Shown here piece after piece: positions 42,989 through 57,634 of a DNA stretch of 64,000 nt (position 1 is its first letter; each line of letters begins with the position of its first letter). This stretch comes from Camelus ferus (Eukaryota). The stretch lies in NCBI RefSeq assembly GCF_009834535.1, contig NC_045696.1:100256001-100320000 (forward strand), in the 5' to 3' direction. The notes below the pieces were generated by a model. That model was not told where the DNA came from. It did no database searches and saw only the letters and a list, made by a program, of their open reading frames with translations. The position numbers and the translations under genes are program-made.

Positions 42989-43479
42989 TTGTGAGTTTTT
43001 TTTTTGTTTTTTTGTTTTTTTGTTTTTTTTTTTGCATAGAGTATCTCTGAGTGATTCTATCTTCTGTCAACTTCTGAAGGAAGGAAGGGAAGGGTAGGGG
43101 ATGAGGAACAGACATACAAAGGGAAGTGGAACTTTGGATGTTTAGCACTAGCATGTGTATCACTTGCTCCTAGAGGCCTCTGTTGCTGAAGAAGGAACTG
43201 TGCTGGGTTCTTCTGAAGCCATGTGTAGCTGCAGTCAGAGTACAGCAAAGATGTATATATACAGCATAAGCTCATTAAAACAACAAAATAGTTTAATCAA
43301 AATTCACTAAGGTTTATTAGTTGAAATAAATTGGTAACTGAGGCAGTGATAATAAATGAAAAAAGCAACTAAATTGTTTTCTTTAAAATTTGCTAACTAG
43401 GTGTTCATGTTTAATTCGGTGCTTGGTAGTGATGACTTCAGTTAGTTAATTTAATAGCATTTTTGGCAACAAAGAAGAA

Positions 43480-44520
43480 AAACATTTAGTGAGGTATAAT
43501 TAATATACAGTGAAATGCGTAGCTTTTAAATGTAAAATTTGTAGAGTCTGGATATTTGCATACACCTATATAATCTGCACCCGATCAAGATATAAAGTGT
43601 TTTCATCACCCTAAAAACTCTTCCTAGTTGACTGCTGAATACTGCAAGTAACTGAATCCTATTGCAGTGTATATACACCACAACTTGTTTATCTAGTCAC
43701 GGCTGATGGACATTTAATTCTGTTCAGTTTCTGGCTACTATGAATAAAGCTGCTATAAATATTCTTGAAAATACACTGTTTTGTGGACATATATATTTCA
43801 TGTTTCTTGGGTAAATATCTGGGGATGTAATTTCTGGATCATAAAACAGGTATATGTTCAATTTATGAGAAACTGACCAATTTTCAAGTTAATTTTACCA
43901 ATTTATACTCCAGCAGTGTATGAGAGTGCCAGGTGTTCCACATCCTTGTCAGCGTTTGGTGATGTCAGTCTTTTTGATTTTAGCCATTTTAGTGGGTGTG
44001 TAATATAACTCGTTGTGACTTTAATCTGCATTTCCCCAGTGACTAAAGTTGTTGAACCATTTCATGTGTTCACTGGCCATCTGTATTTCTTCCTTTTGTA
44101 GTGCCTGCACAATTCTTTTGCCTATTTTATAATTACGTTATTTTTCTTTATTGAACCGCTAGAGTTGATTGTATATATAATAAATATGTTCTCAGTCCAT
44201 GACTTTCCTATTCAATTTCTCAGTAGTTTCTTTTAATGAGCAGAAATTTAAAATGTTAATGAAGTCCACTATATCAATTTTACTACTTTAATAGTTGACA
44301 GATAAAAGTGGTTCATTTCTAATAGCTTAGAATAGTTTATTCTAGATCCTGCTAGGGAATCTTTACCTAGCCCAAGTTTCTGAAGATATTCTCTTATGCT
44401 TTCTTCTAGAAACTCTATAACCATAGTTTTTATGTTTAGGTCTATTATTCATCTCAAGCTGATTTTCTGTATGATATGAGGTATGAATTGAGGCTCTTTT
44501 TTCTTCCCCCTGGACAATAC
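43480..44520 (-). mobile_element. Old L1 3' fragment
   Basis: tgatggacattt...ggctactatgaataaagctgctataaatatt...ttagccattttagtgggtgtgtaa. Confidence 0.78.
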
Positions 44521-45449
44521 TGATTCTCTTTTTAACAACCAATTTTTTTAAAAAGAGAATTTCTGGGTTGTCTATGACCTTTGCCTACTGTAATGCTAAT
44601 GGGATTACTCACTGAAGGTGGGTCACGGGGGAGTGCACAGCCATCCTGGAGGCTCCGCGGCCACTCAGCACCAGCCAGTTAATGCACTGCCCAAAGGCTG
44701 GCCCAGTATTGTTCAATATTATCATCTCTTTTGTTATTTTTAAAGAAGCAGAAATCCAAATATAAGTACAATTTTTTTATTATTAATTTGTTGGCAATTA
44801 ATTTTCTCACTCTATAGGCCAACATTGAATGAACTTAGATGTAGATTGTGAAGGCAGTTGCCATACTCCTGCCTAGACCTTGCAATGACTGTTGACTGGA
44901 GGAGATTGTCTCGACTTCACGATGGTTGCAAAGAAGAAATGACTCAGCAATCATAAGGTGGACTTTGCAAACAAAACTCATTTAGTATCTCTTGGATACA
45001 AGGCCACAGACACACAGGCCCTGACTAGAGGTAATCTGTCAAGTAAACAGTCCTCCAACTGATTTGTCTAGTGCAAGAGAATTGTTTGTCTTGTTGGTTT
45101 TGTTTCAGAGGGCACTTTGCCAGAGTGAATAGTTTCTCATTCCCTATTTACATTGTTTCTTCTTAAATAAATGAAATCATAGAATCATTGGTGGTGGCTC
45201 AGAAATCACCAAAAATACCTGAAGCCCTCTTTAAATCATGAAACTAGAAATTAATTTATATATTTAGTAATCAAATATCAATTACTAATTGAATACCTCA
45301 TCTGTACCAGGTACGTGCTAAGCCTAGGAATTTAGCAGCTAAAAACCAAAACCAAACAATAAAACAGGACCCTATGTTCACAGAGTTTAAATTCAGGTGT
45401 CATTAAGCCAGGAGAACTATAGCTACTTTGATTAAGATAACCAAGTGGT

Positions 45450-46368
45450 ACTCCACATCTCCACTTAGATCTCCTGTGGGCATCTCAAACCTATCACATC
45501 CAAAACTGAGTTCTTGATTTCCTGCTAAATCGGGCCCTGCTCTAGTCTTCCGCATCTCAATATAATGATAATTTTACTCTGCTGTTTCCTCAGACAAAAT
45601 CTATTGTGTGATCCTTGACTTCTCTCTCTCTCACATCCTGTTGTCCAACACATCTGCAAATACTTTTGACTTTACCTTCAAAATATGTTCCCAAAACATT
45701 CACTTACTACAATACAACATAGGTAGTCTAAGCTGCTGTCATCTCTTGCCGAGATTACTGACTGTAGTAGTCTTCCAAATGGTCTCTCATGTGACCATCG
45801 TTGTCTCTTACAGTCTTTTCACCAAATAGCAGTTAGAGTGCTCCTTCTAAGTCAGGTCATATCACTCCTCTGTTCAAAAGTCTTCATGGCTTCCATTGCA
45901 GATACAATAAAACCGGAAGTCTGCAAGAGGCCATCAATGCCCTACATGACTATGACATTGCTCCTCACTCCCACTACTCTGCTCACATCCTACTGCTCTC
46001 CACCTTGCTTTGTGAGATCTGTCTGCTGGTCCTTTCCTTGTCCTGGGTTATGCCCAGCTCACTCTATTCTGACTGTCTTCCAGTGTACTGTTCTGCTGCC
46101 TGGAATTCGCTTCCTCAGAAATTTACATGGCTTGTTCCTTCATTTTCAAGTCCTTGCTACCCTGTTGGTTTGTCAGATAAGCCTTCCCTGATTACCATGA
46201 ACTAGTAATCACTCTCTGACATGGATTTACTTGTTAATTTCCTAGCCTTCATTGAAATACAACCCATGAAAGTATGAACTTGTTTGTTTTGTTTACTGAT
46301 AGACTTAGAGCATTTAGAATAGCCCTTGGCATATAATGGACACTCCATAAATTTCTATTGAATAAAAA
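45450..46368 (+). mobile_element. LINE-2 3' portion, apparently nested in an oppositely oriented L2 (45270-45400 and 46370-47130)
   Basis: ggcatctcaaacctatcacatccaaaactgagttcttgat...; 3' end agcccttggcatataatggacactccataaatttctattgaataaa. Confidence 0.75.
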
Positions 46369-49204
46369 AAATAGATGATCATATTACAGTACTTCAGATA
46401 GGGGAAGCTCGGTACACTGGTGAACACATAGGAAATGTCAAGAGAAGCTTTCAAGAGAAGTGGTGTCTAAGCTGAGCTCTGAAGAATGATGAATTAAACA
46501 ATTAAGGTCAGCAGGAAGGGGGTAAATGAAGCGGAATGAAGAAAAATAGTTCAAGGGAAGCTTAAGGCTTGATAAGGGCAGTCACTTTGACCATATAAGC
46601 CATGTAGGTTTTGGCCTTTACCTTAAGAGAATGGGAAACGACTGAAGTATTTTAGTAAATGACAATGGTCAGCATTACAATTTTTAAAGATCAACAGGCC
46701 TACAGAAATGAATTAGTTGAAGGGGGTTTTAAAAAATGGAGAAGCACAGCCCAGTAAGAAGACATGACAGTGATCTAGGAAACATATCATGGTATCCTTC
46801 ATTGTGAGTATGAAAAGAAATTCAGCAGATTACAGACACATGAGCAAGCTGAATAAAACATAAATGCATAATTGATTGGACACAGGGAGAAGAATGAGAG
46901 AGGAGCCAACACCTGCAACCAGATTTCTGTCCTGGGCAATTCAGTGAATAGTAGTTCTAGCTACTACTGTCAAGAGATAAAAGCAAGTTTGTGTTCAGAG
47001 GAAGATGATGAGCTCATTTGGATATGTTGAACTTGTAGTTTTAGGGCAGTTAGATGTATAAACCTAAGTTCAGGAGAGGGGCTTTGCCTAGAAAGTGGTG
47101 AGTGTGGGAATCTTCAGTATAAAGATGGTATTTACCACCACTGGGGTTAGGTGAGACCTCCCCTGCCACCCTGCTTCCCACCCCCAGGAAGACTGTTAGA
47201 GCATAAGATAAAGCAGTCATCATGGGTTCAGAGCTAATAACAGACGCCAAGGAATTGTGGGATGGGGGTCAAGTTTGTCAATGACGGACCAGCTCAGGGG
47301 AGGGCCCCATGTTTGTAGTTATTTTAGGAGGTTCTGCCCTTCCCATGCAGGTTGGCCTTGGAACCTCAGCTGGAAAGTAAGAGAGAAGGAAGAGTTTGCT
47401 AGAGGTGTGATAAAAGGTATCCTGAATTTTGAAATATATTTGTGTATTAGTTCTTTTATAGTAATGACATTTTTGGAAATTAATTTGATTATTGGAAAGT
47501 TGTGTTTTTACTTAAACTGAAAGAGGAAAATGATTCAAACTCAAAATGCTTTTATTTTCCTCTTCCTCAATTTTAATAGTAAATGCTACACATATGTCTT
47601 CCTCCATCCATGATGTTTATCTTGTTGACTAAAGCTGTCAATAACAGCAGACAGCTCTGAAGATTGGTTAAAAAAAACACAGAACACATGAACCATGTTT
47701 AATTAAATTCTGTTGGTTGAAAGGACATGAATTTTTCATTTATGCATAGCTCTGAATTGCTTTTATCAAAATCACCAGTTTTTTAAAATCAAAATCACTG
47801 CCGATGACAATAACCACATCCACTCCCAAGAGGAAAACAGTGCTCTGGGCTTCCAGGGATCACCGTGTCTTTTCTACTGTTATAAAACAGAGCCCTTCCA
47901 AGCTCTCTCATGCTTTTAAATAGTAAACATCTTTGGTATAAAAGCAGACATAATATAAATATTTATAATTCACAATAGTCATGATTCTTAAAAATAATCA
48001 TGATTGTGTGAGAATCTAGAAACTTACTAAACTGCATGCTGTGTAGGAGCCAACTTTAGAGTAAAAAACAGACACACGGTGCTGGGTGATTATGACACTG
48101 AAGGGGCCACAAATTGTGGACATTTTCCCACTTGTTTTACAAGATTACTTTTCAAATACTGCCTTAAAACTTCTTTCTCCTGTCTATGACTGAAGTATAT
48201 TAAGTGATCTCTTCCCTAAAAATACCTTTTGAGCCATGTTTATAGCTTAATACAATAATATCACGCCTTAATTGTGTTAAATTCCTATTTATTCTGGGCA
48301 TATGACTTTTCCGTCTCATCTTGTATCACCTTTCTGTCCCCTTGACCTTCTATAATCTTCATTTTATGCAGCATCTTTATGCTTCTGACTGCTTAGAACT
48401 TTGCTTCTTTCAAGGGAAGCTTTGACTCCAAGTTTCCAGCACAAGTTAAGTCAGAGTACTTTTAAAAAAACCTAAGATCTTTGTTAAATGTTATTCCTGG
48501 AGCAGCTTTTACATTCAGTTCAGCACCAGCACTTTGGAAATAGTGCTGAAAGAAAAGACAGAGATTCCAAAATATTAGGCCCGGCACGGAGGGAGGATAT
48601 CAGTTGTATTGACTCCGACTCTTAGAACCTCCATAAAACATCAGAGTTTAACCTTCTCTTCCAACTCCCCTCCCAGATTGAGAGAAGATCTACTTGATGG
48701 ACCAGAGTAACATTTGCTGTGGAGCTGGAGTTTGTTTGGAGACTTTTCAACCAAGCTGCTAAGGAGAGGAAAGCATACAAGCAAGGCCACTGCCACGGTA
48801 AGAATTTCAGGGTGACTTTGTGAAAATATCTGACTGCACAAACCAGAGCACTGAGGTGGGATAAAGGAAACCTGTATCCTAACATGATCTCTGCTCAACC
48901 AATAACTAACTGCATGATCTCTGCCAAGCCCTTCCCTTCTCCTGGCCAAGCTTCTTATCTCTGACATGCTGAATGGAATTAGAACTCTGGTAGCCTACAG
49001 ATGTTGTTTATTTGATTCGCATGGCCCCACCCTCCTTCTTTCCTTCTTTCTTTTTCCTCTTCCTCCTTCCCTCCCTCTCTCCCCACTCTCTTCCTTCCTT
49101 TTTTCTTTTCTTTCTTGTCTTAATTAAATTAAGGCAGAGGTTTAAGCAATCTAAACATTTTTGGTCTTTTAACCAAAGAGTATTGAGCATTTAAAAACTC
49201 CGTA

Positions 49205-50090
49205 AAACAACAACGAGATACTGCTACACACCTAGGCCAAAATCTGGAATACTGACAACACCAAATACTGGCAAAGAAATAGAGCAACAGGAACTCTCAT
49301 TCACTTCTGATAGGAATGCAAAATGGTACAGCCACTTCAGAAGACAGTTTGGCTGTTTCTTACAAAGCTAAACACACAATTAATATATGATCCAGCAATT
49401 GTGCTGTTTGATTGTTACACAAATGAACTGAAAACTTACATCTATACAAAAAACTGCACGTGGATGTTTATAGTAGCTTTATTCATAACTGCCAAAGCCT
49501 GGAAGCAACCAAGATGTCCTTCAGTGGGTGAATTGATAAATAAACTGTGGTACATCCAGACAAAGGAATGTTATTCAGTGTTAAATAAGAAATGAGCTAT
49601 CAAGCCATGAAAAGACACAGAGGAAGCTTAAATGCTTGTTACTAGTGAAAGAAGTCAATCTGAAGACGGGCTGTGTGATTCTAACCATATGACATTCTGG
49701 AAAAGGTAAAACTATGAGAGGTGAGACAGTAAAAAGACTGATGGCTGTCAGGGGTTGTGGGGAGGGAGGGCTGAACAGGTGAAGCACAGAGGACTTTTAG
49801 GGCAGTTATAATACTGTGTCTATAATGATATGTCATACACTAGTCCAAACCCATAGACTGCACACCACCAAGGGTGGACCTTAATATAAACCATGGACCC
49901 TAGGGGATAATGACGGATTAATGTAGGTTTATCAGTTATAACCGTACCACCCTGGTGGGCACCATGTTGATGGGAGGAGGCTATGCAGGTGTGGGGACAG
50001 GAAGTTTACAGAGAATCTCTGTACTTTCTACTCAGTTTCTGCTCAGTTTTGCTGTGAATCTAAAATTACTCTAAAAAAATTGAGTTGATT
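49205..50090 (+). mobile_element. L1 (L1MC-like) ORF2 end and 3' UTR
   Basis: ORF 49323-49595 MVQPLQKTVW...AKAWKQPRCPS is the ORF2p C-terminus; tail ctcagttttgctgtgaatctaaaattactctaaaaaaa. Confidence 0.88.
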
Positions 50091-50187
50091 AATTTTTTAA
50101 AAAATTGTTGATGAATATTTGGAATGGAGAAGCCATCTGACACATTGTACATAACAGGGCCTTTGGAATCAGACATTTGCCTCTTTA

Positions 50188-50305
50188 CATGTGTAGGGGC
50201 AGGAGGTTTATGGGAACTCTCAGGACCTTTTGTTCAGTTTTTCTGTGAACCTAAAACTGCTCTAAAAATTGTCTATTAAAAATAAATAAAAATAAATAAA
50301 ACCAA
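50188..50305 (+). mobile_element. Second short L1MC-like 3' end with A-rich tail
   Basis: Diverged homolog of 49988-50080: cagtttttctgtgaacctaaaactgctctaaaaa followed by an (aaaata)n tail. Confidence 0.75.
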
Positions 50306-52479
50306 AATAAACTAGATTATTTTATATATAAATCTCTGTCTCTAGCTTCTCATGAGAAGTTAGAAAAGCTGGTAATATAGAGCCTGGGTCCTCACATGGC
50401 AAACCAGCTGGAACTTGGTGGTGCTGCCCTTTTCCATGGGGTGCACACGCCCCTGGTGGCCACAGTCCCCACTGGGTCCCTTTATGCACTCATGCCCCTG
50501 ACCTCAGCAAGTACTTTGGTTTGTGACCTAAGGAATTTTAGGTTTGTGATCTCTGTGACGCTTTCCTTTCATCTCTAGAAGTCTGTAATTCTCACTGGGA
50601 ACACCAGTAATTACACCTCACTTATATTGCCATTTCAGCAGCCTGGCAAATAAGCTGGAAAACCTTAGTACAAGACCAGACTTAATTAACATAACCAGAC
50701 ATTTTTTCTTCTCCAGGTTTTCCTTGTGGGTGGCAGATCTTCTGTACCATGTATGTTTCACATCTTCCTTTGAAGACACTGACTTTCCCTTTAACTATCA
50801 GATCCTCATAACCAGAGGAAAAAAAAAATTGGCCTCCTAGCCTCTTTTAGAATGGATTCTTATTCTGAACTTTTATAGTCTGCAACTTTAAAACTCACAA
50901 TACCATAGCTTGAAAATTTAACCAACTCCAGCTCTGATAACTTTTAAAATGATCTCCGAATCATTTAGGGAAATAGTAAAGATCAATAGGCTTTTTCTCT
51001 ATTCTTATTCCTATTTCCTATCTATTTTTGAAGGTGGGGAGTTTTTCTGTGAACATTTTTCAAATACATCTTAAGGACGAAGTCTGCATGGCCATGATGT
51101 CAAGTTGGTCTCTTGTGGTAGGATTAGCACTTAGGGCCATGAATCTTGTGTGAATTTCTAGTTCAGTAAATATGTCTGAGGTGCACACCCTCTAAATAGC
51201 CTATTTTGGCTTGTTTCTGAGAGGTAATACTTTGAAGCTCTGTAAAAATTGTCCATTTGCCCTTCTTTCAGTGTTTCTCTTTATAAATTGCGTACTTACT
51301 TTGTGCTATCTGCCTACAATCAATTCTCTCTCACCTTTACCATTCAGTCCTTTGATGATCTTTGAAATAGATGTGTCTTCTTCAAAGCTAACAGGACCTG
51401 AATTTTGCTATTATTTCTAATTTGTTGCCTTGTTTCCATCCCTGCCAATGTATACTCTTCCTGAATAAGATTCTTGATTACTGTTGCTAAATCCTCATTA
51501 TTGTTCTGACATCAGTAATTGTCTTAGGTAACAAATTTACATTAAAGTTGATTAATTTTATGATAGAGTTTGGAGTTTATTCATAACAGCCATATCTTCC
51601 AAGACTTTGTCATTTTCTACTGCTTACTCATTTTGTGGGGAAAAGACTTGATTCTCATTTTATTCTCATTTATGTATGCTATAACTGACTTTAATTTTTT
51701 AGTTATGGGAAGTCAGTTCTAAAATGAACTACTCTGACCCCTGACATGCCCCACTCTGCTCAAGTTCTCTAGTATTTCATTAGAAAGACTGTTTAAGGGG
51801 CTGTTCCAGAACACCTTCCAGATCAGCTTGACAAGTTTTCCAGCAGCTCATCTAAATGGTTCCATATCCAAAGAAATGAATCAACTAAATTAATGACTTT
51901 TACATCAAGCACTTACTAATGGAAAAGAGGCCCACTTACTTGGATGTTATAAACAAAGAGGGAAGTGCCATTAACTATGATCTTCTCATTGTCATAAATT
52001 TATTACAGCATAGCTTAATTTTAGGGTGCAGGCATTCTTTCCCTTGGGACAAGTGTTGATTTCTTTAGCTGCTGGTAGTGGCTCCCCCTCAGTGTGGCTC
52101 AGGAACACAGGGTTACCTTTTCATGTCTCAAAGAGATAGCAGAGTAGGTTTGGGTCTCTGAGCAACATCTAATCAGGGACAATGTAATACCATCTATAGC
52201 AAAGCAGCCCTGGTCCATATTGCTCTCACAAGAAGTCTACCCATCAAAAGAAAATCAACTTTTCACCAGTCTCTCACCCCTAACAGAAAAATACATGTTT
52301 TTTCATTGCCTTATTTCTTGATAAGGTACAAATCTAATTATATTGGCTCATAGCTTTACCTTGTAGAGGGAGCCATGTTTAATAAATCTTAACCAAATCT
52401 CCTAACCAGTACAAAGATATCTTTGATTTGTGGTGTATTTTAAGAGAAAAATATGCTCAAATAATTTTAATAACTTTGA

Positions 52480-52730
52480 AAGGCAGTATCATGGAGTGGT
52501 AAGAGCTCAGACTCTGGAACTAGACACTTCTGATTTGAATATTGGCTTCATCTTTGGTTTTAAGATGAGTGCAATCACCACATGCGTAATCTTGAGTAAG
52601 GAACCTATCCTTTGTGTTCCTCAGCTTCCAAGCTTGTAAAACATGGATAAATAATACATTCATATTTCATAGTTTTGCTGCAATGATTAAATGTGTCAAT
52701 TCATGTGAAACGATTTAGAAGAGTGCCTTA
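52480..52730 (+). mobile_element. MIR SINE
   Basis: ggcagtatcatggagtggtaagagctcagactctggaactagac...gtaatcttgagtaag...cctcagcttcc. Confidence 0.75.
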
Positions 52731-53387
52731 GAATTAATTTTAAAAAATGAATTCTCTATTTCAAATCACTTCATGGTTTGGCTTACATTCCTTTCTGTTT
52801 TCTTGGATTGTGCCCTTTTATATAGTTAATAACACCCAATAATATTTTGAATTTATCTATAGGTGATATTCTCTGTTGCCTCAGAAGACTTGCTTGGCTC
52901 CTTTCTTGGACTGGAACATAATTAAATAATTAGAATCTTTACTTTCCCATCTTTGCTTGCAGCTAGTTTTTGACTTACTAAAACCTGCTGGATGTTGAAG
53001 AGGACACATATAGCATACATGGTATCTTTAGGGCCAAGAGTGAGTGGAGCTTGTTAAGCCCAAGGAAGGCTATATAGAGTGACTGGCTGGAGCTACATTT
53101 CCTGCCACTTCAAGAACCCACAGGAAAAAGATACAATTTCCAGAATAGGCTCTCAAGGACAAACACTTAGACCTAGAAATGAAGGTCTTAGATTCATTTC
53201 TCTGCCTTTTCTTGCAAATGGCTCCCACCATGTTTTATTTTGGAAGGCAGATTTTTTTATGGTGAATAGAAGGGACTGAAGTGGGAGGCAGTTGAAATTA
53301 TGTTCAGTTATGGATGTGGATTTTTATAATAAACCCTCAGTGAAATTTATGCTCCTGTAAGTTGGTCTTCAGAAGATGAATTTGTTG

Positions 53388-54251
53388 CTTTTTTAAAAAT
53401 TGAAGTATACTCAGTTACAATGTGTCAATCTCTGGTGTACAGCATAATGTCCCAGTCATACATATACTTATATATATTTGTTTTCATTTTATTTTTCATT
53501 AAAGGTTATTACAAGATACTGAATATAGTTCCCTGGGCTATACAGAATAATTTTTAATCTATTTTTATATACAGTAGTTAATATTTGCAAATCTCAACCC
53601 CCTAAACTTATCCCTTCCCACCCCTTTTCCCCCTGGTAACCATAAGATTGTTTACTATGTCTGCCAGTCTGTTTCCATTTTGTAGATGAGTTTATTAGTG
53701 TCATCTTTTCTTTTTTTAGATTCCACATGAGTGATATCGTATGGTATTTTTCTTTCTCTTTCTGGCTTACTTCACTCAGAATGGTGATCTCTAGGTCCAT
53801 CCACGTTGGTCATGGCAAATGGCATTATTTTATTCTTTTTTTATGGCTGAATAGTATAAATTCATTGTATAAATATACCACAGCTTCTTTATCTAGTTAT
53901 CTGTCAATGGGCATTTAGGTTGTTTCCATGAACTGGCTATTGTATACAGTGGTGCTATGAACATTGGGGTGCATGTGTCTTTTTGAATTACATTCTTCTC
54001 CAGATATATGCCCAGGAGTGGGATTGTTAGATCATATGGTAAGTCTATTTTTAGTTTTTTGAGGAATCTCCATACTGTTTTCCAAAATGGTTGCACCAAA
54101 CTATATTTCCAACAGTATAGGAGAGTCCCCTTTTCTCCACATCCTCTCCAGCATTTATCATTTGTGGACTTTTCACTGATGGCCATTTTCACTGATGTAA
54201 AGTGATACCTCATTGTAATTTTGATTTTTATTTCTCTAATAATTAGTGATA
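53388..54251 (-). mobile_element. 5'-truncated L1 (~0.86 kb)
   Basis: ORF2p C-terminus on the minus strand ([11 protein letters not shown]...WKQPKCP); degenerate TSD atgaattt(g/c)ttg at 53376 and 54252. Confidence 0.92.
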
Positions 54252-56384
54252 ATGAATTTCTTGAGTTTCTTAAAATTTCCCAAGCTAGTCTGGACTCCTT
54301 GTTTTCTACTCTGAAGACTCTAGGAAAGTCATACCACTGAGCAGTGATCCTAATAATGGGCTGTATTTTATAAAACTTAAAAATCCATGTGAAAGGGCGT
54401 GACAAATTCTAATATCTATGGTGATAATTATGGTTACTGTTTATGAATCAACCACCATTTCTAAAGCTTCCACTCTACCAAAATAGGTGCTAGGTAAGGA
54501 AATTTGCCTAGATTATTTCTCATCTATACTCTCAAACTTGCAAAACAGGAATGATAATACTATTTTACAGGTGAGGAAATTGAGGCTGATAGAGACGAAA
54601 ACAACTTAACCCCAATTTACTTGTAATTATTTTAAAATGATTAAAGAATATTATTTGTATGCACATTGCATGAAGGTGATCACTGTTGGGCCACTTACTC
54701 ATTCTGATCATCATCTGAACACACACAAAACATTGTCTTAATATTGTCATTTTAAAAAAGATAGTGAAATTCTTCAATGGCTTTTGTTTTTTAAAAAATC
54801 ATCTTCCCAAGATCCTCCCATTTTCTTTTTACCTAATCCAGCTTGATCCCATCCTATGACTCAGCAGTTATTTCTATCCTGCCCAACTGTTTGACTTACA
54901 CAAGCTCAGCCCAGAGGTCCACTTGAATTCCTAGCAGAGCCAGGGTTATTTCTCTCTGGAAGCTTTGACTATAAAACTCACAAGCGCTTTTTATTCTTCT
55001 CTTAATTCATGGAAAGTTTCCGGTATTCTTTAGCTCATCATAATCTCCCAGAGACCTAATGGGTTTTGTAAATTTTTAAAAAAATTTTTACAAAATCATC
55101 TTGAAATGTCCCTGTAAGTATTGACCAGGCTCAGTGAAATAACTAACTGACTTGTCATGATGTTGCTCATGTTTCTATAATGGTTGCCTCCCCCACAAGA
55201 CTGCAGTGTAGTCTAAAGTTGGGAACTCTTTTCAAGGCAGCACTGATTCATGGGAGGAGGCGTTCAAGTATGATGTGGTCATGTTAGGGAGGCTGGGGCA
55301 GTTGTGCGTGCTGCTTTTCAGAATTCTAAGAGCTCAGTGTGTATTTTAAAACCTGTGCCATAGGAGTATAATTTTCTGATTTCTTTTATAAACATCCAAG
55401 ACACTATATTATGGCTTTTAGTCCATAGGAGGGCAATGTTGAGCTGCAGGAAAATCCTTGCAGTTTTTTGCAAAAGAATATATAGAACTGATTAATTTAA
55501 AAATTAATGAATTGAAACAAATTAACTAATTTAAACATACTACAAGATGACAGTTATTTAATAATATCCCCACGTTGAATACTGCCTGGTTTCATGTTTG
55601 TCATACTGGTATTTAATTTATAAACTGATGTAAATTATTCTTGTCACTCAAAGCCAAACTACTGCTGTCCCTTTGGAAAAGGCTGTCTTCTGCTTTGTGC
55701 AGGTTTTCTTTATTTTAGATGATGGAAATGATTACATTCTTTACAAATAGAATGATTTTTTTATTTTTATTTTTATGCATGGTCTGCTGCTGATGGCTCT
55801 GCTTAAAAAGATGTAAATTCTTATGGTTCAAATTGCTTTGATACATTTCCCTGGGTCAGAATTTGAGGTTACCTTTAAATGCCACCATACAGCTCTCACA
55901 GCAAAGAGTTAACCAAATGTAATGTATAAAGTGAGTTATAAGAAAAGGACAAGATAAAATTAAATTTCAGCCAAATTTTAAGCTATGAAATTTGGTCATA
56001 TATCAGAGTTATTTTCATGAAAAGAGTCATGGACCAATACAGTACTCTGTCATTTCAACCTATATTGAAAGCAAGTCTATTTTGAATTTTTGAAGCAAGC
56101 ACTGTAAACAGAATTTAAATATAATTATGTGTTTGTGGAAGAAAGTGACAAATTTTGTGTTGCTGTGAAGCCTTATCAGACTCTCCTAGATTGGAAAAGC
56201 AATTTCTGTCTCCTCTGAATGCCTCCGTGTCCCATATGTCAGAGCAGAGTGATACGGGTCTGGTTGTTGCTGACCTAAAGTACCATTTTGGTGCGGAAGG
56301 ATGGTGCATCTTGTCTGTGGTTTAGCTCCTGAGTCCAAGGAAGCAATTAATAGAAGCAACAAACTACTGGGCAGTAACAATAAA

Positions 56385-56560
56385 AGCCAACATTTATTAA
56401 TTGCTTACTATATGCCAAACACTTACCCAAATACTGTTACGAATTTATTTAACCCTCACTACAATGCTATAAGCTCTATTATTGACATCATTTACAGGAT
56501 AAGGAAACTGAGCTGTAGAGTGACTACACAAAGTACTCAAGGTCACAAGCTTCCCAAGAG
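56385..56560 (-). mobile_element. MIR SINE
   Basis: caacatttattaattgcttactatatgcca...tttacaggataaggaaactgag...caaggtcaca. Confidence 0.75.
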
Positions 56561-57576
56561 ACAAGAGTCAAGCACCCTCCAGGGCCCTTGCCCCTTGTTA
56601 CCACTTTGGGGTTAAAAGTAGAGTGGATCAGAGATTAGAAGAGATGTTTCAGAGTAAAGCGAGAGAGTATATAAGAACACTAGGAAATATTCTAGATATT
56701 TCCTCAATATCTTTCACTTAGTACCGTGCCTCTGGTAGATGTGAGTGGATGGGGATAGGCAAGGGTGCCAATGAGGAACATCATTGTGAGAATTACTCCT
56801 TCAATCTACCTGCATGTCTTAACATTCATGAAGGCAGACTTTTGTTCTTTTTATATTATAATAATATGATAAATGGATTATAATCTCCTAGAGGGTGGAA
56901 ATTGCATCTTATTTTCTGTGTCTTTCATTACACCTAATTCAATAGCATGGATATGTGGAAATGATACGTTTGGAAAAATAAATAATTGATAACCAAAAAA
57001 TAGTTATTTAGGGTTAAAAGGCAGATATCTGTAAAGTCAAATGCAAAAATCACTGCACACAACTTTGGTCCATATTTTAGGTATGAGTAGTATCTTTGGG
57101 GGTTGTATTTTGTTTATTTACAACCAGGAAGAATAGTTTGGGTCTGAACTACTGTTTGGACGATTCACTTCAACCTTCTCAGAGAAGGTGGATTTTAGAT
57201 AATGGTCAGTAGGTGTGATTTTCTTTCTAGTTATTTACTTTATAAAAGATCTCTGATTTTCCATTCTGAACTTTACAATGATATAATTTGAACCCCATGC
57301 ATTTTACTAAATAGACTTTGTTGGCATATATGTAGAGAGCCCTATTTGACTAAGTGTTTTTAATTTAACAGTTCTTAACTAGAAGTAAGAAGCAATGTAT
57401 AATTCCTGTGAAATTCTAGTCAAACACTGAATGCTCAGCTTAGATAGGGCATATATCTACTCATCTTATGAGATTTAGACCTCTATATAAACCAGCATTT
57501 TTCAAGAAATTACACACAGAGAATAGTTTAGCATAGCAAAGAAACCGTTCAGGGAGGGGAACATTGGTGCACTCCT

Positions 57577-57577
<1 letters not shown>

Positions 57578-57624
<47 letters not shown>

Positions 57625-57634
57625 TGTGTGTGTG
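57578..57634. repeat. (TG)n microsatellite
   Basis: Long TG run with a single TT interruption. Confidence 0.97.

Noticed and set aside
49985..50305. Recent tandem duplication
   Set aside because: The two copies are well diverged and each looks like an L1 3' end with its own A-tail, so separate insertions are more likely
53893..54405. 170-aa ORF, the longest in the track
   Set aside because: L1 ORF2p C-terminus fused to random flanking sequence across the truncation point
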